From the NCBI GenBank assembly GCA_045628525.1, contig JAZQPJ010000097.1, positions 10,364 through 74,363 of the forward strand: a stretch of 64,000 bases of DNA. The letters run 5' to 3'. Numbering within the stretch: the first letter of the stretch is position 1; each line of letters opens with the position of its first letter. This stretch comes from Bacteroidales bacterium (lineage in GTDB: Bacteria > Bacteroidota > Bacteroidia > Bacteroidales > UBA3663). This document shows positions 56,397 to 64,000 of the stretch, one piece after another. Under the pieces are notes generated by a model. That model saw only the letters and a list, made by a program, of their open reading frames with translations. It did not search any database and was not told where the DNA came from. The position numbers and the translations under genes are program-made.

Positions 56397-58238
56397 TTAG
56401 TAAGGCAGGTTGCCGTTGCCGAAGAGCCAGGTCTTGGTGTCGTCATCCGACCAGCCTGGGGTCTGGGTCAGCACGCCCTCCGAGAGGATGATCTGGTCGT
56501 TAGGAATACGCTGGAAGCCGCGGGTCTCGGTCCAACGCTTCTGCATGCCGTTGCCAGGAATCTCCTTGTATCCGCCAGGAACGGTCTTGCCGCGGTACTC
56601 GATGAAGCCGCCTACCTGGTTGCGAGAGATCACCTCGCCAGCGTTCTGTGGATACCAGCGACGCAGGTCGTTGAAGCGTACACCCTCGAAGCAGAGCTCG
56701 TAGCGACGCTCCTTGCGCAGACGTTCCTCGGTGTAGCCGTCGTAAGCAGCCAGGCCTGCACGTGCACGCAGCTGGTTCATACCGGTGACGGTGTGCTCCA
56801 GTTCGTCGAGCATCAGCAGCACGTCTGCGTAGCGGATATAGACGATGTCGTTGCGGTTGTCGAACTGGTTACTGTTCGAGCCGTTGAAGCCTGGGATCAC
56901 GTAGAAGAAGTTGGCACGCAGGGTTGACTTGGCAGCGTCGGTGTATGCGGTCGATACCATGTACTTCTTGTTGTGGAACATTGACTTCTCAACCTCCTTC
57001 GAGTCGTTGCCCGGGTGGTCAGGGAGCTCGACGATGCACTCGTCGTTCCACCAGTTGCCGCCATCGCCACCTCCGAAGATCTCAGCAGCGTTATCAACAG
57101 CGAAGACTGAGCCCCAGAGGCGCACGTCCTTGCAGCCGTAGTCAGGATCGGTAACCCACTCCTCGACCATCTTAGGATTGACCGAACCGTTGGTGTAGCC
57201 GATGCCGTATGGATAGCACAGGGCGTTGGGCGAAGAGGCCGAGTTACGCAGACCGTAATACTCGCCGATGCGGTTGTGGCCGGCACTGCCGTTGCTCACC
57301 CATACATAGCTGAAGTGTGCACCCCAGACGGTCTCCTTCGAGTGGTTGCCCACCCAGTGCAGGTTGTTGCGCGAGGCGTAGGTGTCGAAGTCGGTTTCGT
57401 ATGCGAAGCCGCTCGACCACTCGTTGGTGTTAGGCCAGATCTCGCGTGGATCGGCTTCGAGGCCGAACTTCGAGTTGTCGCGTACGTCCTTGAGGTAGGT
57501 GATGATCTGTTGCTTTGAGATGCCAGCCATGTCGCTCTTGCCGTAGAAGCCGGTGTAGAACATCCAGATACGTGCCAAGAGTGCCTCGGCGGCGTACTTG
57601 GTGGCACGGCCTGCCTTGCCAGCCTCGGTGGTGTAGCCGTACTTGGCAGGCATCAGGTTGATGGCGTCGGTGAGGTCAGCACCGATCTGGGTGTAGATCG
57701 AATCGACCGAGGTACGTGGGATGGTGACCGACTCAGGCTTGGTGAGCAGTGGGAAGGTCTCGAAGTTGTTGGTGAGCTCCCAGTAGGTCCATGCACGCAG
57801 GAAGTGTGCTTGGCCCAGCAGATAGTCGCGGTTCTCGACGCTGGCGAACTCCGACTCAGGAATCTCAGGGATGGCCTCGAGTGCGTAGTTGCAGCGGAAC
57901 ACGCCCATGAAGTAGTCCTTCCAGGCTGCGTCGAAGAAGTTTGACTCCTTGTTCATCAGGCGGTCGAAGGCCTGTGCGCCGGTGTTCGAGGTAGAACCTG
58001 CGCCATACATCTCGTCACTCATCATGTTGTGGGTGAACACGGTGTGGGTCTCGACGGTATTTGAGCAAAGCAGAATCAGGGTATTGTAGCACGAGGTGAG
58101 GATCTGTTCGGCATCCTTCTCGTTCTTTGGGAACGACGAGGTGTCGGTCTTCTCGTAGTTGACGGTATCGAGCAGATCTTCGCAGCTTGTAGCGCAAAGC
58201 GCACCGGCTATAGCTAACGAATATAATAGTTTTTTCAT
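56397..58238 (-). CDS. SusD/RagB family nutrient-binding outer-membrane lipoprotein
   Basis: 613 aa. Lipobox ALCATSC. Lies immediately downstream of a SusC-like gene. C-terminal RYELCFEGVRFNDLRRW block is typical of SusD-like proteins. Confidence 0.9.
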   Translation of the reverse strand: MKKLLYSLAIAGALCATSCEDLLDTVNYEKTDTSSFPKNEKDAEQILTSCYNTLILLCSNTVETHTVFTHNMMSDEMYGAGSTSNTGAQAFDRLMNKESNFFDAAWKDYFMGVFRCNYALEAIPEIPESEFASVENRDYLLGQAHFLRAWTYWELTNNFETFPLLTKPESVTIPRTSVDSIYTQIGADLTDAINLMPAKYGYTTEAGKAGRATKYAAEALLARIWMFYTGFYGKSDMAGISKQQIITYLKDVRDNSKFGLEADPREIWPNTNEWSSGFAYETDFDTYASRNNLHWVGNHSKETVWGAHFSYVWVSNGSAGHNRIGEYYGLRNSASSPNALCYPYGIGYTNGSVNPKMVEEWVTDPDYGCKDVRLWGSVFAVDNAAEIFGGGDGGNWWNDECIVELPDHPGNDSKEVEKSMFHNKKYMVSTAYTDAAKSTLRANFFYVIPGFNGSNSNQFDNRNDIVYIRYADVLLMLDELEHTVTGMNQLRARAGLAAYDGYTEERLRKERRYELCFEGVRFNDLRRWYPQNAGEVISRNQVGGFIEYRGKTVPGGYKEIPGNGMQKRWTETRGFQRIPNDQIILSEGVLTQTPGWSDDDTKTWLFGNGNLPY

Positions 58239-58257
58239 ATCCAGTATATGTTAAATC

Positions 58258-61200
58258 TTAGAATTTCAGACTTGCACCAATCATGTAGCTCTTAGGACTT
58301 GGGTACGAACCGATATCGATGCCCGATGTCCAGCTGTAGCCGTAGCCATAGCCGACCTCAGGATCCATACCGTCGTAACCGGTGAAGGTCAGGAGGTTCT
58401 GGCCGGTGAAGTAGATGCGGCACTGCTCAAGAGGCATCTTTGGGAAGAGATGCTTGAAGTCGTAGCCGAGGGTGATGGTACGGATCTTGATGTAGTCAGC
58501 ATCCTGGCACCATACGTCGCCCACGTAGCCCTTGGCATAGAAGTTGTTGTGCTTGCCGTAGGTGAAGCGTGGGAACGAGTTGGTCGAGCCCTCGCCGGTC
58601 CAGAGGCGGTCAACGAAATTGTTGGTGTAGTTCTCGACGTCGCTGTTGGCGAATGAGCGGTAGCTCTGCAGGATCTGGTGACCGAAGGCACCTGAACCGC
58701 TCAGCGAGAAGTCGATGCCCTTCCAGGCAAGGTTGACGCTGAAGCCTACGTTTACGTCTGGGTGAGGATTACCGATCTCGACAACGTCGTCATCGTTGAA
58801 GCTGCCGTCGCCGTTCTGGTCGATCCACTTCACGTCACCAGGCTGTGCCTTCTCGTAGCCATCCATGAATGCCTTGCCGGCTGCGTTCCAGGCGTCGATC
58901 TCAGCTTGGTTCTGGAAGATACCGTCGCTGGCCAGACCGGTGAAGTAGCCGATAGGCTTGCCAGGACGTGCCTCGAAGGTGTTGTAGGTCGAAATGTTCT
59001 GGGCAATGACGTCGGTGCCGCCATGGAGGATACCGTCGGCATTGTCGATGAAGAGCACCTTGTTCGAGTTCTTCGACATGTTGGCGCTCACGCCGTAGCG
59101 GAAGTCACCTACCTTGTCGTTCCAGGTGAGGCCGATCTCGAAGCCACGGTTGCGCACGGCACCACCGTTGATGTTGGCCGAACCGGTACCGATCACAGCA
59201 GGAGCTGGAGCCTTGACGAGCCAGTCCTTGGTCTCCTTGTTGTACCAGTCGAATACCAGACCCAGACGGTTGTGGAGGAAGCGTGCATCGAAGCCTAAGT
59301 CGGTCTGCTCGGTGGTCTCCCAGGTGAGCGATGGGTTAGGCAGGATGTCAGGATATGCACCGATCGAAGCCGACTGGCCGCCAGGGGTGAAGTCGTAGTA
59401 GGCATCGAGCGCTACGGTGGCAGCATACTGGAAGTTACCTACCGAGCAGTTACCGTTCTGGCCCCAGCTGGCACGCAGCTTGAGGAAGTCGAGCCATGAG
59501 CTGGTGGCCTGCATGAACTTCTCGTTGCTCAATACCCAGCCACCCGATACTGATGGGAAGGTACCCCAGCGGTGACCGCGTGCAAAGTTGCTCGAACCGT
59601 CCTCGCGGAGGATCAGGGTCAACAGGTAGGTCTCCTTATAGTTATAGTTGGCACGGGCAAAGAATGAGACGAGGTTGTTGTAAGGCACGGTGTTGCCGCC
59701 CCAGATGCTTACGTGCTCTGAGTCGATGTCGCTGCCCGAAGATGAGAGGTTGGCCGACTCCCAGGTGCCGAACTTGGTGTCCTTGCGCCAGCCGCCCAGG
59801 CTCTGGCCCCAGCCGGTGCCCTCGATTGAGGTACCTACCAACGCATCAACGTTGTGCTTGCCGAACTTGTGCTTCCACGACAGGGTGTTCTCCCACGACC
59901 AGCTGTTGCTGACGCTGGCCTCCTGCTGTACACGGTCGAGCACGTTCATGTTGGTACCTGACAACTGATAGACAGGGTTGTAGCTACGCTTCATGTTGTT
60001 GTAGTAGCGGAAACCATAAACGGTGCGGAACTTCCAGTCCTTGTGAGGATTGATCTCGAGCCACGCATTGCCCTGGATGCGCATGCGCTTGTTCTCCGAC
60101 TCGCCGTACGAGTAGCTCTCCAACAGGTTGTAGGCGCCATCGGCCTGCTGCCACTTGTCGGCTACCTGATCCTCGTAGGTGTAGAACGAGCCATCCTCCT
60201 TGTATGCAGGGAGCAATGGGGTGTAAACCAATGCGGTGTGGATGGCATTGTCGTAGATGTTGCCCTGGCTTACGCTGTTCGAAGCGTAGATGGAGATGGT
60301 GGCATTCTCGCCGAACTTCACGATGTCGCGGTTCTTGAGGCGCAGCAGGGTGTAGTCTGAGTTCATGCGGATGGTGGTACGGTCGTAGTAGGTCTTCTTA
60401 GGATAACCGAGGGTACCGTCGCTTGAGCTGTTCGAGATGCCGAGCGAATAGTGGTTGGTGTCGCTGCCGCCGGTGATGGTCAGCGAGGCGTTGTATGAAG
60501 AGGCATCTGGGTTCACTGACTCGTGCAACCAGTCGGTACCATTGAACTTGCCAGCCTTCATCTGAGCCCACTGCACAGGCATCAGCTTCTCGAGGTTGAA
60601 GTAGTGGTCGTCGCTGTCGAAGCGGGCACCGTTGCTCTCGAATGCCTTGTCCACCAGGTCGATGTACTCCATACCGGTTACGGAATGTACGCCGTTGAAG
60701 TTAGGCTTCTGGGTGGCAATGTAGCCGTCGAAGCTGATGCGGATCTTGCCCTTCTCGCCCTGCTTGGTGGTCACGAGCACAACGCCCGAAGATGCACGGG
60801 CACCGTAGATGGCAGCCGAAGCGGCGTCCTTCAGGATGTCGATGCTCTCAATGTCGGCAGGGTTGAGCGAGTTGATGTCGCCGCCAGCCACGCCGTCGAT
60901 GACGTAGAGTGGGCCAGAGCTGCCGGTGGTGTTCAGACCACGCACGGTGATGTTGTAGCTTGCACCTGGCTGACCGTTGCTCACGGTGATGTTCACGCCA
61001 GGCACCGAGCTATAGAGTGCGCCCAGTGGGCTGGTGGTGTTCTGCTTGGCAATTTCGTCGCCCGAGATGTTGATGGTGGCACCGGTGAGCAGCTTCTTCT
61101 TCTGCACGCCGTAACCTACCACCACGACCTCTTCGATCAATTCCTGGTCTTCCACCAGGGTGACGTTGGTCACGTTGTGAGCCTTTACTTCCTGGGTCAC

Positions 61201-61446
61201 ATAACCCACGTAGGAAATGGTGAGCTCAGCACCTTGCTTGACGCGCAACGTATAGTTGCCGTCAATGTCGGAAATCACGCCATTTTCTGTACCCTTCTCG
61301 ATGATGGTGGCACCAGCGATAGGCTCGCCCAGCTGGTCGATAATGGTACCTCGTACAGTTTGACTCTGTGCATAGATGGCACAACAGAAGAAGGTCATCA
61401 GCAAAGTAGCCAAACAACGATTCAATAAAGACTGAAGTTTTGGCAT
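58258..61446 (-). CDS. SusC/RagA family TonB-dependent outer-membrane transporter
   Basis: 1062 aa. Signal peptide, carboxypeptidase-regulatory-like N-domain VRGTIIDQLGEPIAGATII, TonB-box/plug region, and C-terminal ...GASLKF. Confidence 0.93.
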   Translation of the reverse strand: MPKLQSLLNRCLATLLMTFFCCAIYAQSQTVRGTIIDQLGEPIAGATIIEKGTENGVISDIDGNYTLRVKQGAELTISYVGYVTQEVKAHNVTNVTLVEDQELIEEVVVVGYGVQKKKLLTGATINISGDEIAKQNTTSPLGALYSSVPGVNITVSNGQPGASYNITVRGLNTTGSSGPLYVIDGVAGGDINSLNPADIESIDILKDAASAAIYGARASSGVVLVTTKQGEKGKIRISFDGYIATQKPNFNGVHSVTGMEYIDLVDKAFESNGARFDSDDHYFNLEKLMPVQWAQMKAGKFNGTDWLHESVNPDASSYNASLTITGGSDTNHYSLGISNSSSDGTLGYPKKTYYDRTTIRMNSDYTLLRLKNRDIVKFGENATISIYASNSVSQGNIYDNAIHTALVYTPLLPAYKEDGSFYTYEDQVADKWQQADGAYNLLESYSYGESENKRMRIQGNAWLEINPHKDWKFRTVYGFRYYNNMKRSYNPVYQLSGTNMNVLDRVQQEASVSNSWSWENTLSWKHKFGKHNVDALVGTSIEGTGWGQSLGGWRKDTKFGTWESANLSSSGSDIDSEHVSIWGGNTVPYNNLVSFFARANYNYKETYLLTLILREDGSSNFARGHRWGTFPSVSGGWVLSNEKFMQATSSWLDFLKLRASWGQNGNCSVGNFQYAATVALDAYYDFTPGGQSASIGAYPDILPNPSLTWETTEQTDLGFDARFLHNRLGLVFDWYNKETKDWLVKAPAPAVIGTGSANINGGAVRNRGFEIGLTWNDKVGDFRYGVSANMSKNSNKVLFIDNADGILHGGTDVIAQNISTYNTFEARPGKPIGYFTGLASDGIFQNQAEIDAWNAAGKAFMDGYEKAQPGDVKWIDQNGDGSFNDDDVVEIGNPHPDVNVGFSVNLAWKGIDFSLSGSGAFGHQILQSYRSFANSDVENYTNNFVDRLWTGEGSTNSFPRFTYGKHNNFYAKGYVGDVWCQDADYIKIRTITLGYDFKHLFPKMPLEQCRIYFTGQNLLTFTGYDGMDPEVGYGYGYSWTSGIDIGSYPSPKSYMIGASLKF

Positions 61447-61509
61447 AGAGGTAATGTTTTTAAGTGTTTGTTAATAAAAAAAGGTAATGTTTGGTTGGTT
61501 TTATTGGGG

Positions 61510-61517
61510 CAAATATA
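61510..61517 (-). promoter_or_regulatory. -7 promoter box TATATTTG for the SusC/SusD pair
   Basis: The complement of caaatata is a perfect TAnnTTTG. A 63-nt leader follows that is G-free on the mRNA. Confidence 0.5.
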
Positions 61518-61629
61518 ATGAGAATTTCAGTAAAAACAATATTTTGGGTCAAAAAAGTGTAATTTTTTGCTGCAAAACCTTAAAAAAGGTCAAATTGAGT
61601 GTGTTTTTCATGGTATTATCGTGCTTTTT

Positions 61630-63192
61630 TCAATGCCATTGGGCTAGTCGGCGCAGCAGCTCGATCGTTACGCGCCAGATGTCGTCGCACGTCTCCAGCT
61701 CCACGCGCTCGGAGGTGCTGTGCGGCTCCAGTATGCGGGGACCGATCGATGCCATCTGGATGCCTGGATATTTCTGCACGAAGTAGCCGGCTTCCAGCAC
61801 AAAGTGCATCGCCACCGGGGTGGGTCGGAAGCCGAGCAGGTCGTGGAACGTGTCGCTGGTCAGCTGCAGGAAGGGACTCTGCACATCCTCCTGCCAGGCT
61901 GGGGCGTTCATCACCGTTTCCACTTCGGCACCGCTGAACTCCAGGATCTCGCGTATCTTCGATGCCAGCAGCTCCATGTCCTCCATGCGGAAGGAGCGGG
62001 AGTGGGTGCTGATGAGGAAGTGAGTTTGTGAGGTCGTTAGGTTATGAGGTTGTGAGGGGTTCGAGGAGTTTGAGGGGTTTGAGGGGTTCGAAGGGTTTGT
62101 GGGCTTGGTAATCATCCTTACCAATCCGATGTTGTTGCTGGTCATCGGTGTGCCGGGCATGTCGGGATGCATCTCCAGCGGACCGGTGGGGATGGCGTTG
62201 ATGTCGGCCAGCAGGCAGCGGGTCGATTCTTCGTCGAGGATGGTGCCGTGCCAGGTGGCGGGCTCGAACAGCACTTCAGTGTCGGGGTCGGTCACGCCAT
62301 ACTGTGCCTGTACGGCACATGAACCCTGGATCAGGATGTCCTTGAACTCCTGTTCCATGTCGGCAGGCAGGGCCACCATGGCCTCGGCCGACGATGGGAT
62401 GCTGGCCGATGCCTGTCCGCCCTCGAAGCGCACCAGATAGAGCGCCACATGGCCGTGCACGATGCTCACCTGCAGCAGGTTGGCCAGAATCTTGATGGCA
62501 TTGGCACGCTGCTTCACGATGTCCACACCCGAGTGGCCGCCCAGACCGCCTCGCACACGTACCTTATAATATATGTAGTCCTTGGGAGCCCGGATTTCGT
62601 GGTAGGGCAGACGCGCCTGCTGGATGTAGGCACCGGCGGCACCCACGGTGATCTGGTCGTAGGCTTCGGAGTCGAGGTTGATGATGTGTCGGCCGCGGAT
62701 GAAGTCGGGCGACAGGTTGGCTGCTCCGTCCATGCCGTCCTCCTCGTTGGTGGTGGTGATCACCTCCAAGGGGCCATGCTCGATGCTCTTGTCGGCCAGG
62801 ATGGCCAATGCCATCGACAGGCCCATGCCATTGTCAGCACCCAGGCTCGTGCCGTGGGCTTTCATCCAGTGATGCGTCTGGCCTTCGTCGGTGGTGAAGG
62901 GCTCCACGTAGGCATCGATGTCATCGTGCAGCGGATCGAACGGATGTCCCTCTTCGGCCACACACACCATGTCCATGTGGTTCAGGATCACTACGGGCAG
63001 CGCATCCTCGTGTCCGGGCGAGGCAGGCTTGCGTATCACGATGCAGTTGTGTGCGTCGCGTGTATAGTCCAGGCCGTGCGCTTCGGCAAAGCGGCACAGG
63101 AAATCTGCCACCTGTTCCTCGTGGTGCGAGGGACGTGGTGTGCGGTTCAACTGTGCGAAGATATCGTAGAAAGGAAGTGTTTGATTCATCAT
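61630..63192 (-). CDS. pepD: Aminoacyl-histidine (Xaa-His) dipeptidase, M20C
   Basis: 520 aa. N-terminal FAQLNRTPRPSHHEEQVADFL and ILNHMDMVCV, typical of PepD. Carries a ~30-aa low-complexity insert. Confidence 0.88.
   Translation of the reverse strand: MMNQTLPFYDIFAQLNRTPRPSHHEEQVADFLCRFAEAHGLDYTRDAHNCIVIRKPASPGHEDALPVVILNHMDMVCVAEEGHPFDPLHDDIDAYVEPFTTDEGQTHHWMKAHGTSLGADNGMGLSMALAILADKSIEHGPLEVITTTNEEDGMDGAANLSPDFIRGRHIINLDSEAYDQITVGAAGAYIQQARLPYHEIRAPKDYIYYKVRVRGGLGGHSGVDIVKQRANAIKILANLLQVSIVHGHVALYLVRFEGGQASASIPSSAEAMVALPADMEQEFKDILIQGSCAVQAQYGVTDPDTEVLFEPATWHGTILDEESTRCLLADINAIPTGPLEMHPDMPGTPMTSNNIGLVRMITKPTNPSNPSNPSNSSNPSQPHNLTTSQTHFLISTHSRSFRMEDMELLASKIREILEFSGAEVETVMNAPAWQEDVQSPFLQLTSDTFHDLLGFRPTPVAMHFVLEAGYFVQKYPGIQMASIGPRILEPHSTSERVELETCDDIWRVTIELLRRLAQWH
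62020..62104. repeat. Intragenic repeat tract (GAGGGGTTYGA-type units) within pepD
   Basis: The + strand is almost C-free. It encodes KPTNPSNPSNPSNSSNPSQPHNLTTSQTH on the minus strand. 62074-62103 reads GGGG-TTTGA-GGGG-TTCGAA-GGG-TTTGT-GGG. Confidence 0.8.
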
Positions 63193-63211
63193 AAAAGAGA
63201 TTTATTTGGGG

Positions 63212-63219
63212 CAAAGATA
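63212..63219 (-). promoter_or_regulatory. -7 promoter box TATCTTTG for pepD
   Basis: The complement of caaagata is a perfect TAnnTTTG, 20 nt upstream of ATG 63192. Confidence 0.5.
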
Positions 63220-63281
63220 GCAAAAAAAACGTGATTGAACAAAAAATCATTTATTTTTTTGTGATTTACCAATTATTTGAG

Positions 63282-63289
63282 TATATTTG
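63282..63289 (+). promoter_or_regulatory. -7 promoter box TATATTTG for the acyltransferase gene
   Basis: Perfect TAnnTTTG, 112 nt upstream of ATG 63401. Confidence 0.5.
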
Positions 63290-63302
63290 CGCTCGTAATT
63301 AG

Positions 63303-63400
63303 CCAATAATAATTCCTAATTCCAAACAACCTCCTCCCCTCAAACCCTTCAACCCCCTCAAACCCCATAACCTCATAACCTCATAACCCCATAACCTCCC
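63303..63400. repeat. G-free repeat tract (CCCTCAAAC and CATAACCTC units) forming the 5' leader
   Basis: No G occurs on the + strand from 63303 to 63402. ATAACCYC repeats four times (63367-63398). C-tracts lie at 63336-39, 63345-47, 63353-57 and 63363-66. Confidence 0.85.
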
Positions 63401-64000
63401 ATGCCCCGTCTCCTCTCCCTCGACGTCCTCCGCGGCCTGGCACTCGCCGGCATGATCCTGGTCAACAATCCTGGTGACTGGGGCAACATCTACGCCCCCT
63501 TCGAGCATGCTCCCTTCATCGGCCTGACGCTGGCCGATCTGGTGTTCCCCACGTTCATGTTCGTCATGGGCTTCAGTATTCCGTTGTCGCTGCGTCGCTA
63601 CGACTTCAAGCCCTCGGGCGCAGCCATGTGGCGCATTGTCCGCCGCACGCTGGTCATCTTCCTGGTGGGCGTGCTGCTGCAATGGTTCTCGTGCCGCTTC
63701 ACCACCGACTTCAGCCACTTCCGCACCCTCGGCGTGCTGCATCGCCTGGCCATCTGCTACGGCCTGGCCGCCCTGCTGTTGCTGTGGGTTCGGGCCAAAT
63801 ACCTGCCACACCTCATCATCGGGCTGCTGGTGGTCTATCTGGGCCTCCTGCAGTTTGGCAACGGCTACGAATGGAGCACCGACAACATCGTGGCGCGTGT
63901 CGATGCCCTGATCCTCGGCCCCAACCACATGTACGTCGATGAGGGCGTACAGCTCGATCCCGAAGGCCTGCTCAGCACCCTGCCCTCGCTGGCCCATGTG
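63401..64000 (+). CDS. Membrane acyltransferase, heparan-alpha-glucosaminide N-acetyltransferase-like (DUF1624/DUF5009 type); 3' end beyond the window
   Basis: Absent from the track (no stop in the window). Manual translation gives MPRLLSLDVLRGLALAGMILVNNPGDWGNIYAPFEHAPFIGLTLADLVFPTFMFVMGFS..., the characteristic N-terminus of this family. Confidence 0.8.
   Translation, partial: MPRLLSLDVLRGLALAGMILVNNPGDWGNIYAPFEHAPFIGLTLADLVFPTFMFVMGFSIPLSLRRYDFKPSGAAMWRIVRRTLVIFLVGVLLQWFSCRFTTDFSHFRTLGVLHRLAICYGLAALLLLWVRAKYLPHLIIGLLVVYLGLLQFGNGYEWSTDNIVARVDALILGPNHMYVDEGVQLDPEGLLSTLPSLAHV

Overview
The window looks like chromosomal DNA from a fairly GC-rich Bacteroidales-type bacterium. Evidence: a SusC/SusD pair, a hybrid two-component regulator (HTCS), a T9SS-type C-terminal tail, and TAnnTTTG -7 promoter boxes in front of most operons. 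Many long stop-free antisense ORFs in the track are GC artefacts. Layout: (i) 1-18.1 kb holds a xylan/arabinoxylan debranching cluster. A CE4 deacetylase sits on the minus strand. On the plus strand follow GH97, an unknown secreted protein, GH43-CBM13, GH31, GH10-2xCBM-T9SS, GH67, a second GH97 and GH43-CBM6-CE1. A convergent HTCS lies at 19.0-23.1 kb. (ii) dnaX. (iii) A CusCBA/CzcCBA-type metal RND efflux operon plus a TPR-AraC regulator. (iv) asd. (v) A visibly AT-rich island of about 6 kb (33.9-39.9 kb). It holds a GtrB-like GT2 plus a GT-C-like membrane protein, a 590-nt non-coding leader with a 23-bp inverted-repeat pair, an AAA+ ATPase, a small AraC-type HTH gene, a gene remnant and three hairpin-repeat families. 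(vi) Housekeeping genes: mutS2, tsaC-like, FAD oxidoreductase, DASS transporter plus porin, MBOAT pair, MFS, MazG-like, C_GCAxxG_C_C, MBL hydrolase, tatA, M16 peptidase, galM, an orphan SusC/SusD pair, pepD and a partial acyltransferase. The most unusual signals are: two unrelated six-unit arrays of phased 42-bp hairpin repeats; a candidate inverton or structured leader upstream of the glycosyltransferase module; palindromic or G-free repeat tracts sitting in frame inside the M16 peptidase and pepD genes; an 11-residue segment shared by the czcA-like and czcC-like genes that differs only at synonymous sites; and an in-frame TAG in a DUF3857-like gene. I found no rRNA, tRNA, CRISPR array, transposase or integrase. 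All family calls rest on motifs read by eye; no database search was possible.
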